Below are positions 51,139-59,921 of a DNA stretch of 61,693 nt, piece by piece. Positions within the stretch are counted from its first letter, which is position 1. Every line of letters starts with the position of its first letter. Source of the DNA: an uncultured Anaerolineae bacterium (GTDB lineage Bacteria; Chloroflexota; Anaerolineae; JAADDB01); contig CAYPUG010000002.1 of the NCBI GenBank assembly GCA_964413905.1, positions 1 through 61,693 of the forward strand, read 5' to 3'. Under the pieces are notes generated by a model, which was given only the letters and a program-made list of their open reading frames with translations, ran no database searches and was not told the DNA's origin. Both the position numbers and the translations under genes were made by a program.

Positions 51139-52644
51139 ATGATGTTGACCGGCGCAGTAGCCGCGTACAACCGCATACGGGCAGGCTTGACGATGTTCCT
51201 TCAGGCGTCCTTGGCCGTGCTCATCGGCCTCTGGCTTGTGAGTGTGATGGTGGGACGCGGCTGGGAGCGCATGGTCGCGCTGGTCATCCAGGGCTTCACG
51301 GTGATTCTCACCTTCCTGGACCCGATGATGGGCTTCGCGTTCTGGTTAGTGCTGGCTCCTTTTGCCCCCTTCTGGCATTTCAACATCTCCATGGGCCGGG
51401 GAATTCCCGACATCAGTCTGGTACGCACAGGGACCGCGGTGGTCGCGTTTGTACTCCTGGCCCAACTGGCCGCGCGACGACGTCGCCTTCCCCCTCTGGG
51501 CTGGACGGAAATCGGTATGGTGCTCTTCGTCGGCGGCATGGTCCTGGCCACCCGCATGGCTCTGAAAGGCATGCTCTTTGCACTCCAAACCGCGTTCGAC
51601 GCGTATGTGGTGCCCATGCTTGTCTACTTCTTCGCTCGGATCATAGTGACCGACGAGCGCAAGTTGAACCGCATGATCAACGTGTTGTTCTTCATTGGAC
51701 TCTACATCGCGCTCATCGCCTTGCACGAATCCTGGACCGGAGAAATGTGGTTTTACCCCTGGGGTCGCTCCGGGCTCTACACACGCACTTTACGTCGGGT
51801 AACCGGTTTGTTGGGGGATCCTGCGTATCACACCACGATAATGAATGTGCTGCTACCTGTTGCCATTTACCGATACGTACGTGCACGCGATCGGTTCACG
51901 GCCCTCTTTTATCTCGGCTGGACCGGGCTCTTCCTCCTCACCATCGGCTTTCTGTACACCCGAGCGGGATATGTAGCCGCGTTCATCACCATGACCGTTA
52001 TGGCCGTGCGGTTCCCCCGCTGGCGACGTATCTTCGTTCCTATTCTCCTAGGGGGGATGATGGTGTTAGGCCTGTCCTGGGGACGCTTTGTGCGCTCCGA
52101 ATTTTACCAGCGACGGCTGAACAACCAGGCCTCGGTCATGTCCCGAGCCCAGGCCATTCGAGCGGCCTTGGACATGTGGAAACGCTCTCCCCTGTTCGGC
52201 ATCGGGTACCCGAACTATGGTATTCTTGCCCTGCGCGAGGGGTATTTTGTGCAGATCGACGACAAATGGCGTCCCGCGCCCCACAACACGTTTTTCGGCA
52301 TCTTGGCTCAGGCCGGATTGATCGCACTCTCAGGGTATGTACTGATGCTCTTTGGCATGGCTCGCGAGATTATCACCCGCTACCGACAATTGCGCCGGGA
52401 AGTGGAAGGCCGGGTCCGAGGCCTGTGGCGCTCCACATTGGGCATCGGCACCGACCCCCACGCCGTCAGCGGTTGGGCCATCGTGGGCATGGATGTTCTT
52501 CTGGTGTACACCTTCATCATGACCACCATCGACGCGGACCCGGCCCAGTTCAGCAACATGGTCTTCTACACCCTTATCGGAAGCATCCTAGGATACATGG
52601 CCCATACCCACGCGCGGGCCGCATTCTCTGAAGGGGAGGGCTAA
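51139..52644 (+). CDS. O-antigen polymerase/ligase family membrane protein (Wzy-like)
   Basis: More than 10 TM helices, PHNTFFGILAQAGLIALSGY motif. The ORF opens at a TTG at 51112; the ATG at 51139 behind GGGAGAGAAG is preferred. Confidence 0.8.
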   Translation: MMLTGAVAAYNRIRAGLTMFLQASLAVLIGLWLVSVMVGRGWERMVALVIQGFTVILTFLDPMMGFAFWLVLAPFAPFWHFNISMGRGIPDISLVRTGTAVVAFVLLAQLAARRRRLPPLGWTEIGMVLFVGGMVLATRMALKGMLFALQTAFDAYVVPMLVYFFARIIVTDERKLNRMINVLFFIGLYIALIALHESWTGEMWFYPWGRSGLYTRTLRRVTGLLGDPAYHTTIMNVLLPVAIYRYVRARDRFTALFYLGWTGLFLLTIGFLYTRAGYVAAFITMTVMAVRFPRWRRIFVPILLGGMMVLGLSWGRFVRSEFYQRRLNNQASVMSRAQAIRAALDMWKRSPLFGIGYPNYGILALREGYFVQIDDKWRPAPHNTFFGILAQAGLIALSGYVLMLFGMAREIITRYRQLRREVEGRVRGLWRSTLGIGTDPHAVSGWAIVGMDVLLVYTFIMTTIDADPAQFSNMVFYTLIGSILGYMAHTHARAAFSEGEG

Positions 52645-52645
52645 C

Positions 52646-53803
52646 ATGCGCGTGGCCATGCTGGGACTATACCCCCCCGATCCCCAGCACATCCTGGGCG
52701 GCGTGGAAGCGGTGACGTATCTCCTGGGCCAGTATGTGCCCCAATGCCGGGATGTGGATTTGCACGTGGCCACCTTTCGCCCAGACATCACCCGCCCACG
52801 TCAGGAGGAGCGGGATGGATTGACCCTCTACCTGTTCCCCACACCTCGCTGGACCCGATCCACTTGGCATTGGGCCGGTCGTCGGGTGTTGCGTGAACTG
52901 CTGGACCACCTACATCCGGATGTCGTGCACGCGCACGGCTCCACTGTCTACACAGCCGCGGCCGTCCGGGCCCCGTACCCCCACGTGGTCACCGTGCACG
53001 GAGTCATGGCCCGAGAGGCTCCCACCGTGTGGGGGTGGCGGCGCCGGATGGCCCGGGAACTGGATCGCTGGTTCGAGCGATGGGCGCTACGCCAGGCCCG
53101 GGAGATCATCGCGATCAGCCCCTACATTCGGGACGCGTACCCATGGTTGCGCGCGCGGTTGCACTTCATCGAAAACCCGGTGGACCCGCGGTATTTCAAC
53201 ATTCCCGTGGATGCGGCTCAGCCGGGCAACGTTCTCACCGTGGCCCGGGTCATCCCCCGCAAGGGCATCCTGCCCCTGATACGCGCGTTCGCGCGGGTGG
53301 CGGGAGATTTCCCCCCCGCGGAGTTACACATTGCCGGAGAGATGGTTTCCTTTCCGGAGTACGCGGCCGCGTGCCAAGCGGAAGTGCGCAAACACGGGTT
53401 GAGCCATCGCGTTCACTTTCTGGGCCCTTTGGACACGCTCGGATTGCTCCGCGCGTACGAGGCCGCTCAGGTTACGGTGTTGGCTTCGCTTCAGGAAACC
53501 GCGCCCATCGTCATCGGGGAAAGCATGGCCGCGGCCCGACCGGTCATCGCCACCGCGGTGGGCGGCGTTCCCCACATGATCGCGGCCGGCCGCACCGGAT
53601 GGCTGGTGCCGTTGGGGGACGAGATCGCGTTGGCCAACGCGTTGGCCGACGCGCTGGCCCATCCTGAACGGAGTCGAGAAATGGGACATCGCGCGCGGGA
53701 GGAAGCCCTCGCCCGCTTTCACCCCCAACCCATCGCCCGCCGGCACGTCGCCCTCTACAGGACACTGGCCAGCATCTCCCCACAGGAGGAGGTGGCTCCA
53801 TGA
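52646..53803 (+). CDS. Glycosyltransferase family 4 (GT-B)
   Basis: ETAPIVIGESMAAARPVIATAVGGVPHMI region; starts 1 nt after the upstream stop. Confidence 0.88.
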   Translation: MRVAMLGLYPPDPQHILGGVEAVTYLLGQYVPQCRDVDLHVATFRPDITRPRQEERDGLTLYLFPTPRWTRSTWHWAGRRVLRELLDHLHPDVVHAHGSTVYTAAAVRAPYPHVVTVHGVMAREAPTVWGWRRRMARELDRWFERWALRQAREIIAISPYIRDAYPWLRARLHFIENPVDPRYFNIPVDAAQPGNVLTVARVIPRKGILPLIRAFARVAGDFPPAELHIAGEMVSFPEYAAACQAEVRKHGLSHRVHFLGPLDTLGLLRAYEAAQVTVLASLQETAPIVIGESMAAARPVIATAVGGVPHMIAAGRTGWLVPLGDEIALANALADALAHPERSREMGHRAREEALARFHPQPIARRHVALYRTLASISPQEEVAP

Positions 53804-54792
53804 GTGTGCGCTCGCCTTACCTGTTTTTCCCCGACCCTCGTTTTGATGAAGGGGATCTTAAGGTGCTGGTGGTGGCCAACCTGTATCCCCATCCCGGCGC
53901 ACCGTACTTCGGCACGTTCGTGTACGATGAGGTGCAATCGCTGCGCCGGCTAGGAGTGGGCGTGGATGTATTCTACGTCAACGGCCGGGCAAGCAAACTC
54001 AATTACTTCCGGGCCATCCCGCCTTTTCTCCGGCACGTGCGTGCTCGCCCTTACGATGTCGTCCACATGCACTACGGGCTGACGGGCCTGGTTGCGTGCT
54101 GGCAACGGAGGGTGCCCCTAGTCGTCACCCTCCACGGCATTGAGGTGGTCATTCCGGGGGTGGCCTTCATCTCCAGGATGTGCGCGCGGCGCGCGGCCGC
54201 GCTCATCGTCACCAGCCGTTGGGTCGCGGAACACGTGCCTCGCCCGCCCGACGCGATCATTCCTCCCGGCGTGGATCTCGAGTTATTCCGTCCCATGGAT
54301 CAGGCGGAAGCCCGCCGCGCGTTAGGCCTTCCTCTGGGGAGGAAGTTGGTCCTCTTCGCGGGACAGCCCCGCCCGGAAAAGCGCGTGCCCGTCATTCGCG
54401 CGGCGGTCCAACGGCTTCAGGAAGACGGATGGGATGTGGAGTTCATTATGGCGAGCGGAGAACCCCACCATCGGGTGCCCCTGTACATGAACGCGGCGGA
54501 CGTGCTCGTGCTGGTCTCCCAGGTTGAGGGATCGCCGATGGTGATCAAGGAGGCGATGGCGTGCAACCTGCCCATTGTCACCCGAGATCTCGGGGACACC
54601 CGGGAGATTATCGGGGACACGGAGGGCTGCTTCTTCTGTGATGGCAGTGTGGAGGACACGGCCCGCGCCATTGCTCAGGCGCTGACGTTTGGGCGGCGGA
54701 CGGAGGGCCGGGCGCGGGTCCGCCATCTTTCGCAGGAGGCGATGGCCCAACGTGTGCGGGAGGTGTATGAGAGGGTGAGCGGGAAGGGGTAA
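53800..54792 (+). CDS. Glycosyltransferase family 4-like (short form)
   Basis: EGSPMVIKEAMACNLPIVTRDLGDTREII; ATGA overlap with the upstream gene. Confidence 0.8.
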   Translation: MSVRSPYLFFPDPRFDEGDLKVLVVANLYPHPGAPYFGTFVYDEVQSLRRLGVGVDVFYVNGRASKLNYFRAIPPFLRHVRARPYDVVHMHYGLTGLVACWQRRVPLVVTLHGIEVVIPGVAFISRMCARRAAALIVTSRWVAEHVPRPPDAIIPPGVDLELFRPMDQAEARRALGLPLGRKLVLFAGQPRPEKRVPVIRAAVQRLQEDGWDVEFIMASGEPHHRVPLYMNAADVLVLVSQVEGSPMVIKEAMACNLPIVTRDLGDTREIIGDTEGCFFCDGSVEDTARAIAQALTFGRRTEGRARVRHLSQEAMAQRVREVYERVSGKG

Positions 54793-54795
54793 GGG

Positions 54796-55887
54796 ATGCG
54801 GAGTGAGGAGGGAGTTGGCAGGATGAAGAAACGGGGGCGAGTACTGGTGGTCTTGGGGGAAGGCGGACACACGGTGGAGATGGTCCGTCTCGTGAAGTTG
54901 CTGGGCCCCCGGTACGAGTACGCGTATCTCGTAGTCCGAGAGGATCCGTTGAGCGAGAAGAAGATCCCGATACCCGGACCGGTGTACCGGGTAAACCGCG
55001 CGCTGGGCAAGGAGCCGGTGCCCACGTGGCTGGCGGTGCTCCGCTATTTGCGGTTGACGGTTCAGTCCGCCCGGGTGCTCCGACAAGCCCGGCCCCAAGC
55101 CATCCTGCAGTCTGGCCCCGGGGTCGCGGTGCCTATTTCTGTTTTGGCGAAGATGATGGGCATCCCCGTCATCTACGTGGAGAACGGCGCGCGCGTGCGT
55201 CACTCCTCCCGCACGGGGCGCATCATGTACCGCTTCGCGGACCTCTTTTTCGTCCAATGGCCGCCTTTACAAGAACGGGAGTTCCCTCGAGCTACGTATG
55301 CGGGAATGCTCCACGGGTTGGACGCGCCGGCTCCTGCCTCGGGTCAGCCCCGGGACATCATCTTCGTGACCGTGGGCTCCGGGGATTTCGATCCCCTGGT
55401 GCGGGCAATGGACGAGATTGCCCCCCACCTAGATCTGCCCGTGGTGATGCAGATCGGCGTCGGCACGTACGAACCCCGGAACGCGGAGTGGTTCCGCTTG
55501 GCGCCCAGCCTGGAGCCTTATTACCAGCGCGCGGCTGTGGTTGTAGCCCACGGCGGTGTGGGGGTCACCATGGAGGTGCTGAGCCGCGGCATTCCCCTGG
55601 TGGGGGTGGACAACCCGGACCGGTATGACCAGCACCAGCAGGATTTGCTGGGGTATTTGAGTGAGCAGGGCCACCTTATCTGGTGTCACGATCTGGGCCA
55701 ACTCGCGTCTTGCATCCAACAGGCCCGCACCGAGCCTTTGAAACCCATTGAGCCCCCGTACACGGCCATTCACCGGGTGGTAGATGATGTGCTGCAGGCG
55801 CTGGCCCGAGGCGAGGATGTCCGGGCTCTGTTCCGGCGCTACCGGGGCGCTCGCGTTCTTCCCGATGGTTCGGTGACTTCCTCGTGA
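54796..55887 (+). CDS. Fused Alg14-like / Alg13-like (PssD-PssE type) glycosyltransferase
   Basis: N-terminal half VLVVLGEGGHTVEM (Alg14 GxGGHTxEM); C-terminal half IIFVTVGSGDFDPL...AHGGVGVTME (Glyco_tran_28_C / Alg13-like). Confidence 0.75.
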   Translation: MRSEEGVGRMKKRGRVLVVLGEGGHTVEMVRLVKLLGPRYEYAYLVVREDPLSEKKIPIPGPVYRVNRALGKEPVPTWLAVLRYLRLTVQSARVLRQARPQAILQSGPGVAVPISVLAKMMGIPVIYVENGARVRHSSRTGRIMYRFADLFFVQWPPLQEREFPRATYAGMLHGLDAPAPASGQPRDIIFVTVGSGDFDPLVRAMDEIAPHLDLPVVMQIGVGTYEPRNAEWFRLAPSLEPYYQRAAVVVAHGGVGVTMEVLSRGIPLVGVDNPDRYDQHQQDLLGYLSEQGHLIWCHDLGQLASCIQQARTEPLKPIEPPYTAIHRVVDDVLQALARGEDVRALFRRYRGARVLPDGSVTSS

Positions 55888-56084
55888 TCAACGCCAACAT
55901 TCCTCTTGCGTTCCCCTGACGTTTCTCTAATGTTTGGGTGGTAATAGAAAAAATAGGGCTTCGATTGCCGAACCTTCCACGAATTTCCACGCTTTCTTGC
56001 ATTTTTCATGGCAAGGTACGTAAAACGCGAGATATCCGTCAATGAGGCAAATGTCACTAAAATGACGGGAAGGGGGGTGGAACA

Positions 56085-56858
56085 ATGAGGTTCCTACTCA
56101 CCACAGATTTGCGCGGGGAGACAGAACGTATTCCGCAATTGCTCGATGCGGTCACGTCTGAGCGCGCGGACGCGCTCATCTTCGCGGGCAACATCATCGG
56201 TGAGGACGAACGGGCCGAAGCGTTCCGCAAGGCATTGGCGGCCGGGGAAACGCCCGCGATGGAGGAGGAGGCGCTCCAGGCCCTGGAGGATGAAGCGGTG
56301 AAGGCGTATGAGGCCTTTTTCGACGCGATGGGGCAACTGGACATTCCGGTGTTCGTGGTCCCCGGATATTTGGACGCTCCGGAACGGTTGTATCTGCAGG
56401 CATCGTTGAATCACGAGGTGGTGGAACCGAACGTCCACATGGTGCACCGTTCCTTTGTGCCCCTGGGAGGGCAAAATCTGGCGATCACGGGGTTTGGTGG
56501 CGGCATCAGTGAGGATTTGCGCCAATGCCGGTATGTGATCGTGTACCCTGAATGGGAAGTGCTCTTCGGCTTTGAGTTCTTGCGTCAGGTGAAGCAGCAG
56601 CCTTTCTTTGTGTTCCACACGCCGCCCCGCCGGGGCAACATTGATCTGGAAAACGGGGCTCACGTGGGCAAACACGTCATCGAGGAACTGATCAAGACGT
56701 ATGATGCCCGTTACGCGGTGGTGGGCGGTGCGCTGGACGGTCAGGGGACGGTGTACATTGGCCCCACGTTGGTCATCAACCCCGGTCCCCTGCGCGATGG
56801 GCACTACGCGGTGTTGGACACCGCGGATGACAGTGTGGAATTCAAGCGACTCTCCTGA
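56085..56858 (+). CDS. Metallophosphoesterase-fold protein with degenerate metal-binding motifs
   Basis: Motif positions read LLTTDLRG, IFAGNIIGE, VVPGYLDAP, VFHTPP and VVGGALDG in place of DxH, GD, GNH[DE], H and GHxH. Confidence 0.55.
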   Translation: MRFLLTTDLRGETERIPQLLDAVTSERADALIFAGNIIGEDERAEAFRKALAAGETPAMEEEALQALEDEAVKAYEAFFDAMGQLDIPVFVVPGYLDAPERLYLQASLNHEVVEPNVHMVHRSFVPLGGQNLAITGFGGGISEDLRQCRYVIVYPEWEVLFGFEFLRQVKQQPFFVFHTPPRRGNIDLENGAHVGKHVIEELIKTYDARYAVVGGALDGQGTVYIGPTLVINPGPLRDGHYAVLDTADDSVEFKRLS

Positions 56859-56871
56859 AGGCGTTCACCCC

Positions 56872-56908
56872 ACGGTGTTCGCGGCCCCCCCAAGTCCGCG
56901 AACACCGT
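56872..56908 (+). terminator. Strong hairpin terminator
   Basis: ACGGTGTTCGCGG / CCGCGAACACCGT perfect 13-bp stem, 11-nt loop, followed by TTTCCCCTCTCT; 14 nt after the stop at 56858. Confidence 0.7.
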
Positions 56909-57003
56909 TTCCCCTCTCTAACCGCACGAAGAATTGGTTCCCCTCTTTGATTGTGTTAGACTGATCGCCCGGTAAAATCGAACACCAAGAGGGAGACTGC
57001 CCT

Positions 57004-57594
57004 ATGACGCAGACCCAAGAGGACGTGTACATCCACCCTACGGCCGATGTGTCCCCAAACGCTCACATTGGCGCCCGCACGCGCGTGTGGCATCAAGCCC
57101 AAATTCGCGAGCGCGCGCACGTGGGGGAGGAGTGCATCATCGGGAAAGGCGTGTACATTGGCGCGGGGGTCCACGTGGGTAATCGGGTGAAGATCCAGAA
57201 CTACGCGCTGGTGTACGAAGGCGTCACCCTCGAGGATGGCGTGTTCGTGGGACCCCACGCGTGTTTCACCAATGATCTGCGCCCCCGAGCCATTAACCCG
57301 GACGGCTCTCTCCAGTCCGCGGCAGATTGGGATATCGTGCCCACCCACGTGGGCTACGGCGCGTCCATTGGCGCGAACAGCACGATCATTGCAGGGGTGC
57401 GCATCGGCGAATGGGCCATGGTCGGGGCCGGCGCGGTGGTGACCCGGGATGTGCCGGCCCACGCGCTGGTAGTGGGCGCCCCGGCCCGGGTGGTGGGCTA
57501 TGTGTGCTACTGCGGGGAGAAGTTGGTTCTCAGCGAGGACGGACGTGTAGGCACGTGTCCCGCGTGCGGTGCACATATCCGCCTGACCGAATGA
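57004..57594 (+). CDS. Left-handed beta-helix (hexapeptide-repeat) sugar N-acetyltransferase-like protein with a C-terminal zinc ribbon
   Basis: Hexapeptide repeats ([45 protein letters not shown]); C-terminal CYCGEKL..CPACG. Confidence 0.8.
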   Translation: MTQTQEDVYIHPTADVSPNAHIGARTRVWHQAQIRERAHVGEECIIGKGVYIGAGVHVGNRVKIQNYALVYEGVTLEDGVFVGPHACFTNDLRPRAINPDGSLQSAADWDIVPTHVGYGASIGANSTIIAGVRIGEWAMVGAGAVVTRDVPAHALVVGAPARVVGYVCYCGEKLVLSEDGRVGTCPACGAHIRLTE

Positions 57595-57655
57595 CGCTTT
57601 TCCTCGTAAAGCAGGGGCATTTGTAAAATTTTCTCGGTTAATTACGCTCCCATGT

Positions 57656-57708
57656 CTGATCGACTGACAAAACTCTGCGAATACCCCTGGGCTTAGAAAG
57701 AGGAAGAG
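57656..57708 (+). repeat. Intergenic repeat family B, copy B4
   Basis: CTGATCGACTGACAAAACTCTGCGAATACCCCTGGGCTTAGAAAGAGGAAGAG; a 20-mer is identical to B1 and a 17-mer identical to B3. Confidence 0.85.
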
Positions 57709-57770
57709 AAATTTACGCCGATGTACATGAAATAAGATATCTCCGTCCACCAGCTCTCACGTTTTGGAAT

Positions 57771-57799
57771 TTGACACATTTGCCCCTTGTGCGTACAAT
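57771..57799 (+). promoter_or_regulatory. Near-perfect sigma70 promoter TTGACA-17-TACAAT
   Basis: TTGACA at 57771-57776, 17-nt spacer, TACAAT at 57794-57799. Confidence 0.75.
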
Positions 57800-57803
57800 G
57801 TAG

Positions 57804-57833
57804 TTTGTCTAGTTGTCTAGACAACTAGACAAA
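57804..57833. promoter_or_regulatory. Candidate HutC/GntR operator: perfect 30-bp palindrome TTTGTCTAGTTGTCTAGACAACTAGACAAA
   Basis: Self-complementary over all 30 nt. The core AGTTGTCTAGACAACT lies 5 nt downstream of the -10 and 24 nt upstream of the regulator ATG. Confidence 0.7.
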
Positions 57834-57856
57834 TCCACCTCGCGACGAGAACGGCA

Positions 57857-58585
57857 ATGGAGCCCTTGGAACACGTTCCTCGGTATATCCGGGTACGCGA
57901 AATTCTTCGCCAACGTATTCTGGATGGTGTGTACTCCCCTGGCGAGCGCATTCCCTCGGAACCGGACCTCGCGCGCGAATTTGGCGTCAGTCGCGGCACG
58001 GTTGAACGGGCCATCCGGGCGTTGGTTCAGGAGGGCGTGCTCACCCGAGAGCAAGGTCGTGGCACGTTTGTGGCCCATCCCCTGTTGAACAGCATCCACT
58101 TTCGCTTGAGCACCTTTGCCGAGGAGGCCCGGCGTAAGGGTTGGGAGCCTTCCACCCGACTGGTACGGGCTCACGTCGTTCCCGCAGACGCGTCTACATC
58201 GCACGTGCTGCGTGTGGACGAGGGCACCTCCATCATCAAGATCGTACGTGTTCACTGTGCGAACGGGGAGCCTGTGGTGTACGAAGTACGCCAACTGGTG
58301 TATAACCTATGTCCTCAACTCCTGGAAGAGGACCTGGAACACGCGTCGGTTCACGAGTTGCTCATCTACAAGTACCACATCCCCCTGGTCAAGGCCCGCT
58401 TTACCATTCATGCCATCACCTTGACCGATGAGGCCGCTACTTTGCTGAATGTGAAAGAAGGAAGTCCAGGGTTTGCCGTAGAGCGCCTGACGTTCCGCAC
58501 AGGGCAGGAGCCCGCGGTACGCATGTATCAACTGTGGCGCGGGGATAAATTTTATTTTACCGAAGAGGTGGTCGGCCTCGGTTAA
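57857..58585 (+). CDS. GntR-family transcriptional regulator, HutC subfamily (UTRA effector domain)
   Basis: IPSEPDLAREFGVSRGTVERAIRALVQEGVLTREQGRGTFV wHTH, with a UTRA-like C-terminal half. Confidence 0.88.
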   Translation: MEPLEHVPRYIRVREILRQRILDGVYSPGERIPSEPDLAREFGVSRGTVERAIRALVQEGVLTREQGRGTFVAHPLLNSIHFRLSTFAEEARRKGWEPSTRLVRAHVVPADASTSHVLRVDEGTSIIKIVRVHCANGEPVVYEVRQLVYNLCPQLLEEDLEHASVHELLIYKYHIPLVKARFTIHAITLTDEAATLLNVKEGSPGFAVERLTFRTGQEPAVRMYQLWRGDKFYFTEEVVGLG

Positions 58586-58608
58586 ACTCACACAACGGAG
58601 GTGGCGTC

Positions 58609-59772
58609 ATGCGGTCCCAAAAATGGTTGGTCATCCTGTTGGTCCTCTCTCTCCTGGTGGTGTTGGCAGGCGGATGTGGCCAAAGCAAGCCCAAATCCTA
58701 CAAGATCGGCATCTTCTCCCCCACCACGGGCTTTGCCGCGGCCGATGGCACCAGCGCGCTTCACGGCGCGGAACTGGCCGTCCAGTACATCAACGACCAC
58801 GGCGGCATCAACGGCGTCAAGGTGGAACTGGTCCACTACGACGACGCGGCCAAGCCGGACCAGGCGGTCAACGTGGCCCATAAGCTCATCGAGCAGGACA
58901 AGGTCATCGCCGCGGTGAGCGGTTCCTACAGCGGTGCGACCCGGGCCGCGTCCGCGGTGTTCCAGGACGCGGGCGTGCCGATGGTGGCCGCGTACGCGGT
59001 GCACCCGGAGATCACCAAGACGGGCGATCAGATCTGGCGCGTGGGCACCCTGGCCGTGGTTGAGGGACGGGTTGGCGGCGCACTGGCGGTGGACAAGTTG
59101 GGCGCCAAGAAGATCGCGCTCCTGACCATCGACAACGATTTCGGCACCTCTCTGGCCAACGCGTTCAAGGAGTACGTCACGGCCAAGGGCGCGGAGATCG
59201 TGTTCGAGGAGAAGTACCCGCTGGGCGAGAAGGAATTCCGCCCCATTCTCAACCGCATCAAGGAAGCGAATCCGGACGTGGTGTACGCGAGCGGGTACTA
59301 CAATGAAGCCGCGAACATTGTGCGCCAGGCCAAGGAGGTGGGCCTGAACGCGCAGATCATCGGTCAGGAGGGGTACGATTCCCCCAAGTTCCTGGAACTG
59401 GCCGGCGACGCGGCCGAGGGTGTGATCATCACCACAGACCTGAACCGGGACAGCGAGCGGGAGATCACCCGGTGGTTCATCAAGACCTACAAGGAGAAGT
59501 ACAACCTGGACGCGGACATGGTGGGCGCGTCCACGTTTGACGCGGTCATGGTGTTGGCCTACGCGATCGAGAAGGGTGGCACCAAGGCGGACGGCATTGT
59601 GAAGGCCCTGGGTGAGTTGAAGGACTTCGAGAAGGCCGCAACCGGTCCCTTCTACAAGTTCACCGCGGGACGGGAAGTGATGCGGCCGGTGGGCGCGCAG
59701 GTGGTGAAGGGCGGCGCGTTCCACTTCTTCGCGGAGTTTGATGACCCGGCCCTCATCACACCTCCGTGGTAG
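58609..59772 (+). CDS. ABC transporter substrate-binding lipoprotein, Leu/Ile/Val-binding protein family (type 1 PBP)
   Basis: Lipobox VLAGGC, KIGIFSPTTG..AADG, LivK-like body; GGAGGTG RBS. Confidence 0.88.
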   Translation: MRSQKWLVILLVLSLLVVLAGGCGQSKPKSYKIGIFSPTTGFAAADGTSALHGAELAVQYINDHGGINGVKVELVHYDDAAKPDQAVNVAHKLIEQDKVIAAVSGSYSGATRAASAVFQDAGVPMVAAYAVHPEITKTGDQIWRVGTLAVVEGRVGGALAVDKLGAKKIALLTIDNDFGTSLANAFKEYVTAKGAEIVFEEKYPLGEKEFRPILNRIKEANPDVVYASGYYNEAANIVRQAKEVGLNAQIIGQEGYDSPKFLELAGDAAEGVIITTDLNRDSEREITRWFIKTYKEKYNLDADMVGASTFDAVMVLAYAIEKGGTKADGIVKALGELKDFEKAATGPFYKFTAGREVMRPVGAQVVKGGAFHFFAEFDDPALITPPW

Positions 59773-59788
59773 AAAGAAGGAGGAATTG

Positions 59789-59829
59789 GGGTGTGATTTT
59801 TGCTGCGTTCGGCGGCGAAAATCACACCC
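59789..59829 (+). terminator. Intra-operon hairpin after the binding-protein gene
   Basis: GGGTGTGATTTT / AAAATCACACCC perfect 12-bp stem, 17-nt loop, no U-tract. Confidence 0.5.
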
Positions 59830-59921
59830 GCTCTTCCTCTACGCCAAGGTATGTACATAAGACGCGATGCGTTGATCCAATGCCATCCTTCTGATTAACT
59901 ATTGAACCGAGATCAAAAACC

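Noticed and set aside
51099-52631. 510-aa ORF in an alternative plus frame overlapping the Wzy-like gene
   Set aside because: Its translation is R/H/G/P/S-rich and non-hydrophobic. The 51112/51139 frame gives a coherent multi-TM protein with a Wzy/O-antigen-ligase motif.
54322-55257. 311-aa minus-strand ORF
   Set aside because: It is antisense across the junction of two translationally coupled glycosyltransferase genes, with no motifs and an Arg/His/Pro-rich composition.
56956-57750. 264-aa minus-strand ORF
   Set aside because: It is antisense to the hexapeptide acetyltransferase gene, whose repeats are unmistakable. It has shadow-ORF composition.
58588-59724. 378-aa ORF on the minus strand
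   Set aside because: It is antisense to the Liv-type binding protein gene and has an Arg/His/Gly/Val/Asp-rich composition. It has no RBS and no recognisable domain.
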